From: Patescibacteria group bacterium | GTDB lineage: Bacteria; Patescibacteriota; UBA1384; XYA2-FULL-43-10; 1-14-0-10-43-13 | Reading direction: 5' to 3' | Assembly (NCBI GenBank): GCA_041671645.1 | Contig: JBAZBD010000001.1 | Coordinates: 799,234 to 863,233 of the forward strand | Length of the DNA: 64,000 nucleotides | In this document: positions 1-8,320 of the stretch, one piece after another | Layout: each line of letters opens with the position of its first letter | How positions within the stretch are numbered: position 1 is the first letter of the stretch | Notes under the pieces: model-generated | The model's database searches: none | Seen by the model: the letters and a program-made list of their open reading frames with translations, nothing else | What the model was told of the DNA's origin: nothing | Program-made: the position numbers and the translations under genes

Positions 1-14
1 GCTGTTTTTTTGAT

Positions 15-42
15 ATAAAAATCCCCGCCGGAGAGGCGAGGA
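15..42 (-). terminator. Rho-independent terminator, copy A of an identical 28-nt repeat
   Basis: The minus strand reads CCTCGCC-TCTCC-GGCGGGG (hairpin 23..41, one G-U pair) followed by ATTTTTAT. The same 28 nt recur at 1789..1816. Confidence 0.7.
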
Positions 43-55
43 GAGGCAGGTAGTA

Positions 56-1720
56 TCAAACGCGTCTGGCGTTAAAACGCCATTGAATCATCAAGTGAAT
101 TCGCCTATAGAGTTTGATTGGCCGCTTGAGCGCCATTCTTAAATCATAGGGCAATTGTGAAAAAATGAGAATTTGCTTGCCACGATCACCAGCAGCGATA
201 ACAATTCTCTCAGCCCAGGCAGAGCCTAGACTTGGTGCATCGTCATGCCAACGAATTGACCCGGCTACCGAAAGGAGGAAAAAGTTTAGATCTAGCGATT
301 CTTTGCGGATACTTTCGAGCGCTTTCTTGGTCCTTTCAAAATCAAATTGAGTGATCGATCGCAAGATTATCCGCCATTTTTCCCTTGGCCAAGCATGCAA
401 TAGTTTGTGTAATTCTGAATCATTTTCGCAACGCAACAACGCTCCCGAAAAATCGAGTCGAAGTTCTCTTCTGATTCGACTGAGTGACTGAATCGCCTCC
501 TGACGGCCAAAAACTGTTTTTAATAGATTTCTGATCTTGTAGGTAGGCGGATTTTCGTTCAGAAAATCATTTGAAAAGAGCGGGTTCCTGGCCATACTGC
601 TGATCGCCAGGATTTCCATCGAGGAAAATCCCAGTTTGCGGAAATGCTCCTCAAGTATCTCCAGCACAGCTGGAAATATTTCAATATTGTGTTCTATCCA
701 AAGAATCCGCAGGATTTCTTTTCTGCGAGCTTCATCGCTAAACCAATAGCCCCAGCTTGTTGTAGCTTGGCCCCACCTCAGAAGAGCAAGATGGTTGAAA
801 TCTGAACGAGCGAAAGCGCTGACAACTTCATGCCGCCACAAGGGACGACGATGAAAATTCAGGGCGGACTCAAAAACCCATCCCAAAAACCGAGGTGTAA
901 CCTCAAACTCTTTGGCGTACCGAAGAATTTGAGTGATCTCGGCAATTGTCCCATAACGAGAACGAATTGGCTGAAGAGTAATCTCGGCAAATTCTGGTAC
1001 GGATAATCCGATAGACCGTACCAGGTCAATCGCCAATGATATCTCGGCCTCGTTCTCGGCAGAAGTATTTCGATAATAGTAGCCCGACCTAACAATATGC
1101 TTTAGAAAGGAGACAACTGTTTGGCCGCTAAAGCCTTCTGCATAAAATTGGTCGAAGAGAGATTTTGTTTTCTCATATCCCAAAGCCAGGGTTATGTAGC
1201 AGTATTCTCCCCTGCGATCGTTCCACGCCCTCTCAACATCCCAGTATTTTTGCAAAACCGGTGGTTCGGCAATATCGCTCGGCCTTGGCGCCAAAGCGAT
1301 CCCCCTTTCCATTTCATCTTCACGTTTTTGCTCTATAGCAATTATCAGCTTAGACAGAGGGACATGATGCCGAATGCAACTATGTGAGTAACGAAAATCT
1401 ATGGCTCGATGGACTAATTGACTTCGGCCGGTCGCAAGATACTCTGCGATATCGTCTCCATACCAAGTCAACCAAATATGTTCGTTGACGAGCTTGAGAA
1501 ACTCAACAAATATCGATTTACCATATTTGTTCTTGACTGTACTTAAGCTTTTTCTGGCCTCGTTGATGCCAGATTGCGATGGATGATAGTGGGAAACGAC
1601 ATACTCCACTACTTTATCAAAAATGTCATGCCATTCTGGAAGAAGGGCGGCGACGCCTTCAAACAGATTTTGGAATGCTTTTGTCCGAAGACAATCGTCT
1701 TTCCTGGGCATTGTGCTCAC
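56..1720 (-). CDS. Hypothetical protein, 554 aa, Trp/Arg-rich and probably all-helical, with no family recognised
   Basis: Long ORF with an AGGAGG RBS upstream of the ATG (GAAGGAGGTGAGCACAATG). It has its own promoter and terminator. I see no catalytic or TM motif. Confidence 0.75.
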   Translation of the reverse strand: MSTMPRKDDCLRTKAFQNLFEGVAALLPEWHDIFDKVVEYVVSHYHPSQSGINEARKSLSTVKNKYGKSIFVEFLKLVNEHIWLTWYGDDIAEYLATGRSQLVHRAIDFRYSHSCIRHHVPLSKLIIAIEQKREDEMERGIALAPRPSDIAEPPVLQKYWDVERAWNDRRGEYCYITLALGYEKTKSLFDQFYAEGFSGQTVVSFLKHIVRSGYYYRNTSAENEAEISLAIDLVRSIGLSVPEFAEITLQPIRSRYGTIAEITQILRYAKEFEVTPRFLGWVFESALNFHRRPLWRHEVVSAFARSDFNHLALLRWGQATTSWGYWFSDEARRKEILRILWIEHNIEIFPAVLEILEEHFRKLGFSSMEILAISSMARNPLFSNDFLNENPPTYKIRNLLKTVFGRQEAIQSLSRIRRELRLDFSGALLRCENDSELHKLLHAWPREKWRIILRSITQFDFERTKKALESIRKESLDLNFFLLSVAGSIRWHDDAPSLGSAWAERIVIAAGDRGKQILIFSQLPYDLRMALKRPIKLYRRIHLMIQWRFNARRV

Positions 1721-1758
1721 CTCCTTCTAGATTTCAAAGTCATAATGGTGCTTATTAC

Positions 1759-1787
1759 TTCATACCTTGTATCACGCTCAAAGTCAA
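1759..1787 (-). promoter_or_regulatory. Sigma70-like promoter for the 554-aa ORF
   Basis: The minus strand reads TTGACT (1787..1782), 17 nt, TATGAA (1764..1759), located between terminator copy B and the RBS. Confidence 0.45.
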
Positions 1788-1788
1788 A

Positions 1789-1816
1789 ATAAAAATCCCC
1801 GCCGGAGAGGCGAGGA
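1789..1816 (-). terminator. Rho-independent terminator, copy B of the 28-nt repeat
   Basis: ATAAAAATCCCCGCCGGAGAGGCGAGGA is identical to 15..42. It lies 7 nt past the stop of the lipoprotein gene. Same hairpin plus T-run on the minus strand. Confidence 0.75.
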
Positions 1817-1822
1817 TTAGAA

Positions 1823-3607
1823 TTAGCGCTTGTGCAATCCGGAAAATTTAATAGCCGGATATGCGCCACGAGTTCTAGTTTTTGGGGCAGAAAATCCGAC
1901 ACCTGGAATTGTTAGAACAAGATGTCGATCTACCTTGAGATTATTTCCATGATCATCCTGGTAACAGGCGTTTATAATGAAAGTTCGGGCCTGCAGATTT
2001 GGGCTCAAATCAGAGATCATCAAACTTCCGTCACAGGAGGCCAGCAGGGAAATACCTAACTCTTCAGTATCGCCTGGAGCGATAGCGAAATCCATTTCTA
2101 CTGGAGCTGAAGGAAACACCTCATCCGCAGCTATGCTGGGGTCGTACCAGCTGAGGTAGAGCCAATCGCCCGAACCATCATATTGGTCGAAGGTAATGCT
2201 TTTAACCAGGAGTTCGGAATTACCTCTATTGTTCAAAGCAATCGTCCAATTCCACTCGGTATCTGTGGGAGAGGCTTCTATCCTGGAGCTGGGAGTGATG
2301 GTCAATCCAAGCTGGCCGGTAGCGATCGGCCTAGCGTAATTAAGTAACTCCTTAACGCCACCATCGGTGTCTATCAACCCGTCATGGTCATGGATAGTCG
2401 TGATTTTAGTGATAGTTCCAAGAGTCATCTGGCGCAGATCGGTATGATCGGCTAAAGCACTTGCGTTCCCGACTATTAAGTCACTCCATGCTGCACCGGC
2501 TACCAATATGTAATTTACGTTTCCAAGCTGGACATTGGGCAAACCGGAATTTAGTTGAGTGAGAAAACTGCTATTAGCTGCGATCTGAGCGGTTGAGTAA
2601 GTATCGAATGCCGGCAAATATAGACCAGCACGAGCATTTTCCGGTTTATTGAGATAATCGTCCCTAAGATATGACATGATATTCTCAACTCTTCCCAATA
2701 TTGAGCCTTCGTTCGCCCCACAAATCGAGACGAAGGAACGAACATTTTTGGTAGCCTTGCAATATTCCAGAGCATAACGAGAGACCAGCGCTCCCATCGA
2801 ATGAGCCCAAATGTCCATTCGCCGATTTTTGATAGCTAGTACCTTGATACTGTACCCCAGATACCCGCCAGAACTCTCGATGTAGTCGCACCAGCTGTAT
2901 TCGTAGGCATAAATGTTGGAATACCTCTTGCTCGCAATGACTGCCTCGATAAGTCGATCAAAGACGTGCCTGGTGGCATTCCAACCATGAACAAGTATCA
3001 GATCATGGCCATTGGTCATATCGGGATTGGTATAAACCTGGACAAGATCCATTTTCCTTTCTGGCTTGGCCCAGCCCAACTTGCCTATCACGCCTGTGAC
3101 CTTTTTACCAAAGGTCGAGAAGGCTACTCGGTCAATGACGACTTTGGCACCCCATTTGAGGTACTCTGCCGAAGTCGCAGGCAATTTGCTGATCATAGCC
3201 CATTTACCATCTGACAGTTTGGTAAAAAATCCGTAGATGGCAGTGACGGCAGATGTCCTGCCGCCGTAGAGAAGCACTTCCGATGGAAGGTCGATAACTA
3301 TATCATCGTTGACCTCGGCAGAAACTGTAATAGTAACTTCTGGCTCTGACCCCACAGATTTGAAATTAGAAATCGCCGGAGTGCTAGTAGGAGTAGCACA
3401 GTCAATACGCACAGACGTATCTGACAAGAAAGTACCAGCGGGAACAGTGACAGTAATGCCACCGATTGATTTAGAACTGTCGATTTCGGAGTCGGCAGTG
3501 ACCTGAATTTGGCCGGAAGTGCCCGGCTTTGTCAGGTTAGTGCTATTGTTGGTGCCGCAACCGGCGACCAGAGTGACAAGTAACAATACGAAAAAGCAAC
3601 GTAACAA
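1823..3607 (-). CDS. Secreted lipoprotein with a central alpha/beta-hydrolase (lipase/esterase-like) domain
   Basis: TTG start 8 nt after GGAGG. Signal peptide with lipobox LVAGC. Motifs LILVHGW and the nucleophile elbow AHSMGA (GxSxG) are flanked by beta-rich, Ig-like N- and C-terminal regions. Confidence 0.7.
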   Translation of the reverse strand: MLRCFFVLLLVTLVAGCGTNNSTNLTKPGTSGQIQVTADSEIDSSKSIGGITVTVPAGTFLSDTSVRIDCATPTSTPAISNFKSVGSEPEVTITVSAEVNDDIVIDLPSEVLLYGGRTSAVTAIYGFFTKLSDGKWAMISKLPATSAEYLKWGAKVVIDRVAFSTFGKKVTGVIGKLGWAKPERKMDLVQVYTNPDMTNGHDLILVHGWNATRHVFDRLIEAVIASKRYSNIYAYEYSWCDYIESSGGYLGYSIKVLAIKNRRMDIWAHSMGALVSRYALEYCKATKNVRSFVSICGANEGSILGRVENIMSYLRDDYLNKPENARAGLYLPAFDTYSTAQIAANSSFLTQLNSGLPNVQLGNVNYILVAGAAWSDLIVGNASALADHTDLRQMTLGTITKITTIHDHDGLIDTDGGVKELLNYARPIATGQLGLTITPSSRIEASPTDTEWNWTIALNNRGNSELLVKSITFDQYDGSGDWLYLSWYDPSIAADEVFPSAPVEMDFAIAPGDTEELGISLLASCDGSLMISDLSPNLQARTFIINACYQDDHGNNLKVDRHLVLTIPGVGFSAPKTRTRGAYPAIKFSGLHKR

Positions 3608-3686
3608 TTAGTACACCTCCAAAAAGAGATTTTCGTTGTCAAAGGACAACAATTAGTCTTATCTTAGAACAATAACTGGCTGATAG

Positions 3687-3714
3687 CAAACACCTCACAT
3701 ATGTGAGGTGTTTG
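3687..3714. terminator. Palindromic hairpin, probable bidirectional terminator (family member 1)
   Basis: CAAACACCTCACATATGTGAGGTGTTTG is a perfect inverted repeat with A/T-tract flanks, immediately downstream of the stop at 3721. Confidence 0.6.
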
Positions 3715-3720
3715 GTTGCT

Positions 3721-4188
3721 TTAGAACGATGTTTTGATGAATTGACCGATAACGAATCCAATCACGATCACCACCATACCGATCAGGAGATGCTCAGAAA
3801 TCGTTTCCCATTTTTTATCTTTTGGCGCAATGATGTAGTTCAATAGACCAAGCAGTAATGTGCCCCAAGCAATACAGATGATGAGGGCAACCGTGGAGGA
3901 GAAAAAGGCCAGAGGGATTAGGAATGAGAGAGCGATCACTAACTTTGAGAAATAAGTGCTTAGGGTGGCTGTCCAAATTTCCTTCTTGGTGTGAGTTTCC
4001 TCAGATTCTTCAGAAATATGAATCCCCAAAGCGTCCGAAAAAGCATCGGCGAATGCAATAGTCAAAACGCCGCCGATTACGACCGCCCTAGTGGCATCGC
4101 TTGCAGTCAAGCCCACTATCAATCCGAGCGTTGTAATAATGCCAGAAGTAGCACCGAAGCTGAAACCGATTTTTGATGAGTGATCCAT
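3721..4188 (-). CDS. Small integral membrane protein, possibly VIT1/CCC1-like (iron/manganese transporter family)
   Basis: 155 aa with about 4 TM segments. The pattern GATSGIITTLGLIVG...AFADAFSDALGIHISEESE resembles the VIT-family N-terminal pattern. GGGAGG RBS. Confidence 0.45.
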   Translation of the reverse strand: MDHSSKIGFSFGATSGIITTLGLIVGLTASDATRAVVIGGVLTIAFADAFSDALGIHISEESEETHTKKEIWTATLSTYFSKLVIALSFLIPLAFFSSTVALIICIAWGTLLLGLLNYIIAPKDKKWETISEHLLIGMVVIVIGFVIGQFIKTSF

Positions 4189-4303
4189 GTGCCTCCCAAT
4201 AATTATGAGCTAACGTTTCCTATGATGTAATTGACTACGACAATCGCCCCGTAAAAAGGGGCGACAATTTGAGTATCCAAAATATAAAGTGCGAATAATT
4301 GTG

Positions 4304-4380
4304 ATGGTCGGGGATGCGAGACTCGAACTCACGACCTCTCGGTCCCAAACCGAGCGCTCTACCAACTGAGCCAATCCCCG
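4304..4380 (-). tRNA. tRNA-Pro (anticodon TGG), CCA encoded
   Basis: The reverse complement reads CGGGGAT...CTCGG-TTTGGGA-CCGAG...GGTTCGAGTC...ATCCCCG-A-CCA. The acceptor stem is perfect and the cloverleaf is canonical. Confidence 0.9.
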
Positions 4381-4389
4381 AACTAAATT

Positions 4390-4418
4390 ATCTTACATTA
4401 AATCAAGAATTTTTTCAA
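4390..4418 (-). promoter_or_regulatory. Promoter for tRNA-Pro
   Basis: The minus strand reads TTGAAA (4418..4413), 17 nt, TAAGAT (4395..4390), about 9 nt upstream of the mature 5' end. Confidence 0.5.
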
Positions 4419-4446
4419 TCTTTTCGCGATATTTCTTTGGTATGAA

Positions 4447-6402
4447 CTATTCATACCTCAAAGCTTCCATCGGCGAAAGCTTGCTCGCTCGTCTAGCCGG
4501 ATACACACCAGCCAATAATGAGACTAATGTTGTGACCACAATCATTTCTAAGGCAAAGAGCATTGGGGTAGCGAATATATTGAGACTGCCATCAATTGAG
4601 CTAACCTGCATTAAATAATTGATCAGAGCATTGATCGATTCCCCAAAAATCCAAGCGCCAACAACGCCAGCGATAGAACCAGTCAGACCGAAAAGTAAAA
4701 CTTCATACTCAAAAATCTTTTTGATGTCTCGGTTCGTGGCACCGATCGCCTTCATCGTACCGACCTCGTGTGTCCTCTCAAGCAACGAAATGGTCATGAT
4801 ATTGATAATTCCAATCAAGGCAACCATCAGAGCCACACCGCCGATAATACCTAAGATTATTTCTGTGATAAAAAAGATCTTGTCGACTTTCTTGATTAGA
4901 TCAACGACAGAGGTGGTCTGATAGCCAAGGTCGTCGATAGCATCCCTGGCGGCCTCCACATGCTTCCGATCGCTCACTTTCGCCTTGAGAGAGCTATATA
5001 TCGTGGTCTCATTGATCTTGGCCAATTCGTCGATAGGTAGGAATATCGCCGCGACAAGTTCATCATTGGAAACCCCGACGATTTTCTTTTTTGAGGTAGT
5101 TTCGTGAATGCTGGTCAAATCATTTGTATCCTTCGGCACGACCAAAAACGTAAGGTCCACCGTCTTGTTCAAAGCTGATGTCGGCTCCTTGATATCAAAA
5201 TTTTTGAGTGCTGCTTTGGATATCACTATCTCGTCATTTTCATCAAAACCTTCGCCTGCCACGGCGTACACTCCTTCAAAGGAGAGGGCTGACGCCTCGA
5301 GACCATAGGCGATGACCTGCTGAGCGCTGCTATCAATGGCGATTCTGGCAGTCGAAGTGATCGAAGGACTGACTAGGGTCACGTTTTGCACGTTTTTGAG
5401 CTCGAGGAGGGCGGTCTGATCCAGATGTTTAGTCGAATTTTTGTCGACATTTACATTTATCGTAACGAGAGAATCAAGAGAGGCAAGCTGATTTGAGGTA
5501 ATATTTTGCAAACCCATCCCCAAAGAAACGAGGGTGACGATAGACCCAACCCCCAAAGCTACGCCCAAGGCCGTCAGAAGTGTCCGCATCTTTTTGCTTA
5601 TGAAATGAAGTCGGGAAATCCGCAATATTTCCAGAAAACGAAGAGAGCCCCTCTTCTTTGGCACAAAATATTTCAAGCCATCATCTTCTAGATTATCGGG
5701 TGCAAGCACGCTTCGGGTCGCTTCGCTTTTGACAATCTTGCCATCCTTCATATGCAAAATTTTGTCACCGTAGTGAAGAAAATCCGGATTGTGAGTAACT
5801 AAAACGACCGTCCTGCCCCACTTCGTGCTGATGGTTTTGATCATTCTCATGATTTCAAGCCCCGTCGGCTCGTCCAAATTGCCGGTTGGCTCGTCCACTA
5901 GCAAAATCCAAGGATTGGCGACCAGTGCTCTAGCGATGGCGATCCTTTGTTGCTGTCCCCCAGAGAGTTCCACGGGCTTGTGATTCGCGCGGTCGCTCAA
6001 TTCCACCACAGAGAGCAATTCGCTCGCCCGTACATAAGCTTTTTTGCGGTCAACTCCAGAGAGAATCAGAGGCATTGCGATATTATCAATGGCAGAAAGA
6101 GTAGGAATTAAATTAAATTGCTGGAAAACCATCCCGATTTTGGTCCGACGATATTCCGCGAGTTCTGCCTCGGAAAGTGTGTAGATGTTTTGGTCATGCA
6201 CCCAAACTTGGCCGGCGGTCGGCTTGTCCAGTCCTCCCATCAAGCTAAGCAGGGTCGTCTTGCCGCAACCAGACGGACCGTAAATGACAACAAACTCTCC
6301 CGGCATGATATCAGTCTCAACACCCTTCAAGGCTTCAATATATTGATCTCCTACAAAAAAAGTCTTCTCGAGACCGGAAATTTTGATCACTGGTTTAGTC
6401 AT
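4447..6402 (-). CDS. Fused ABC transporter: N-terminal ATPase plus C-terminal FtsX/MacB-type permease
   Basis: Walker A GPSGCGKTT, signature LSGGQQQRIAIARAL, Walker B LLVDEPTGNLD. These are followed by a TM, a large extracytoplasmic domain and 3 C-terminal TMs (FtsX fold). I chose the start at MTKPVIKISGLEKTF (ATG 6402); the longer track ORF (6486) overlaps the upstream gene. Confidence 0.85.
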   Translation of the reverse strand: MTKPVIKISGLEKTFFVGDQYIEALKGVETDIMPGEFVVIYGPSGCGKTTLLSLMGGLDKPTAGQVWVHDQNIYTLSEAELAEYRRTKIGMVFQQFNLIPTLSAIDNIAMPLILSGVDRKKAYVRASELLSVVELSDRANHKPVELSGGQQQRIAIARALVANPWILLVDEPTGNLDEPTGLEIMRMIKTISTKWGRTVVLVTHNPDFLHYGDKILHMKDGKIVKSEATRSVLAPDNLEDDGLKYFVPKKRGSLRFLEILRISRLHFISKKMRTLLTALGVALGVGSIVTLVSLGMGLQNITSNQLASLDSLVTINVNVDKNSTKHLDQTALLELKNVQNVTLVSPSITSTARIAIDSSAQQVIAYGLEASALSFEGVYAVAGEGFDENDEIVISKAALKNFDIKEPTSALNKTVDLTFLVVPKDTNDLTSIHETTSKKKIVGVSNDELVAAIFLPIDELAKINETTIYSSLKAKVSDRKHVEAARDAIDDLGYQTTSVVDLIKKVDKIFFITEIILGIIGGVALMVALIGIINIMTISLLERTHEVGTMKAIGATNRDIKKIFEYEVLLFGLTGSIAGVVGAWIFGESINALINYLMQVSSIDGSLNIFATPMLFALEMIVVTTLVSLLAGVYPARRASKLSPMEALRYE

Positions 6403-6664
6403 CGTTTCTCTTCCTGGCCAAAATTTGTTTGAGTTGATCCTCGATGAGCAATAAATCATGCATTGACTCGAACACTGAGAAAGCAAGAGCGAAAACGGCG
6501 ATGGCCGATATCAGCAAACCAGCTATGACCAATATTTTCTTGAGCAGCGAGGCGTCAGGGAAATTAACCAACAGCGATATGACGAATATCAATATCAAGG
6601 CGGCGATAATAATGCCTATAATCAAGACGAGGTAAGAGCCAAATTTTATTAGAAATCTTTTCAT
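6395..6664 (-). CDS. Small two-TM membrane protein (89 aa)
   Basis: Two hydrophobic helices and a charged C-terminal tail. It overlaps the ABC gene start by 8 nt and starts 2 nt after the upstream stop, so it is translationally coupled. Confidence 0.6.
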   Translation of the reverse strand: MKRFLIKFGSYLVLIIGIIIAALILIFVISLLVNFPDASLLKKILVIAGLLISAIAVFALAFSVFESMHDLLLIEDQLKQILARKRNDD

Positions 6665-6666
6665 AA

Positions 6667-7386
6667 TTAGCTATTAAACCATTTCGCAAAGCCCTCAAAG
6701 GCACGCGACAACGCATCGATAATCACTTGGAAAATCGAAAGATCTTTGGCTGGATTTTTGGTCACAAACATCTGATCATCTGACTCGGCAGAATCAGTCG
6801 CGCCCTTGTTCACCGCCTTGATCTTCAGATGATATGTAGTAGCTGGTTTGAGTTTGTCCAGAATAATGGTATGACTCTGGTTTAGGCTCTCCTCTACCGC
6901 GGTCTCTGAGCCATATGATAGAGTTTCGCCATAAAACACCTGGCCGGTCGAGAGTATTTCTGTCTTGAAGGTCACAATCGCTTGAGATTCCGTCTTGCTA
7001 GTCGCGCCAGCTTCGATTTTGATTGCGGTGACTAAAGGCCTCCCAATCACGTCAATCGCCGAGGCGGAAGTAAACGAAATATTTGTGTTTGACACACGAT
7101 AAATATACGCGGCCAATGCAGTCACGTTTGAATCCATGTAGAAATTCAAATCGGTTTGGCCAAGCGTTGAATATGTTTTGCCTCCGTCCCCGCTCCTCTC
7201 GACGGTGACTGTGCCCTTGCCTTTCGGCCACGACAGAGCAAAGCCCGCCGTGTCCTTGGTCGAAATATTCGAAACTGTCAATCTGTCTTCAGCCGAAACT
7301 AATCCGATCTGGAAGAGGCTTATCAGTGCAGCAAGACCCAGGGCGACTAACCATTTTTTCTTGTTTAGAAACATATCTTTTTCCAT
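6667..7386 (-). CDS. Secreted protein with FN3-like and purple-acid-phosphatase-N-like beta-sandwich domains (239 aa)
   Basis: Signal peptide ending VSAEDR. The pattern AIVTFKT...VFYGETLSYG...HTIILDKLKPATTYHLKIKA parallels the last ectodomain module of the giant protein. It starts 3 nt after the giant ORF's stop. Confidence 0.65.
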   Translation of the reverse strand: MEKDMFLNKKKWLVALGLAALISLFQIGLVSAEDRLTVSNISTKDTAGFALSWPKGKGTVTVERSGDGGKTYSTLGQTDLNFYMDSNVTALAAYIYRVSNTNISFTSASAIDVIGRPLVTAIKIEAGATSKTESQAIVTFKTEILSTGQVFYGETLSYGSETAVEESLNQSHTIILDKLKPATTYHLKIKAVNKGATDSAESDDQMFVTKNPAKDLSIFQVIIDALSRAFEGFAKWFNS

Positions 7387-7389
7387 TTG

Positions 7390-8320
7390 TTATTTATCGC
7401 GATCGATCTCTATCTTCCTTGAAACAGTTTGGAGCTTCTCCTGGGCATCCATATGCGTAGCGTCAGAAGGTTTGTATCCAGCTTTGGCAACCAGGAGTTT
7501 GTATTTGCCCTTTGGCAGGACGGTTGAGAATTTGCCCTTTTCGTTTGTGACTGCTGTTCGAATTAATCTTTTGCCTTCGCCGTCCATGATTCTGACTAAT
7601 GCCAATGAAACTCCCGAGTGATTGACGCTATCTAGGACATTGCCCCAAGGTGAGACTTTGACGAAAGACTTGATGTTGACGTACCAAAGCAGTGGGAAGA
7701 GCAGAGCTGAGACCAGGGTGACCGTGTCACGGTGACTGTGAGCCAAGCTATTCAGGATAGAGACGGTGCCAAAAATCAGGAAGCCGAGGGAAACGTAGAC
7801 CAATACTTTTTCGACAACCCCGATTTTCTCGATAAATGAAAATCTCTTGGCGATGCTCTTGTCGTTCATCGAAAGCAAAATATTTGGTACGATCAGTCCT
7901 TCTTGCTCGCTCTTAACCTCGATGATCTGACCCTTTTTGTAGAAACCTGGGGCTTCAGAAACTTCATATAGATCTTTGGTCACCTCAATCTCATATTTGC
8001 CTGGATCAGCGACAAAGCTGAAGTTGCCTTCGATATCAGAATATGTATTGGCTACCGGCCTCTTTGAGAACGAGCCAGGGAAAGTTTGAGTTAATTTGAA
8101 GAGCGTCAGTTTGGCTTGAGCGATTGGGATATAAGTGCCAACCTCAAGTACTCGGCCCCACTTGCGACGGCTTTTCTTGGTGCCGAGAGAGGCAAGGGCG
8201 AAGATCAAAGAGCGAATGTATTCAGGAAGTGAGAATAGAGTGGCGGCATTGGCCAGTGGAGCGGCGGCGGCAGAGATAATCGCTATGCCAGCGACAGCAG
8301 CGGTGCTGGCTGGAGTAGTT
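7390..8320 (-). other. C-terminal anchor region of the giant protein, where TM helices alternate with two CarboxypepD_reg-like beta-sandwiches
   Basis: An Ala-rich hydrophobic stretch (AAVAGIAIISAAAAPLANAATLF...LIFALASLG) and KKSRRKW are followed by a sandwich (SDIEGNFSFVADPGKYEIEV). Next come two TMs (VLVYVSLGFLIFGTVSIL, LVSALLFPLLWYV) and a second sandwich (VRIMDGEGKRL...NEKGKFSTVLPKGKYKLLVAKAGY). Confidence 0.55.
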
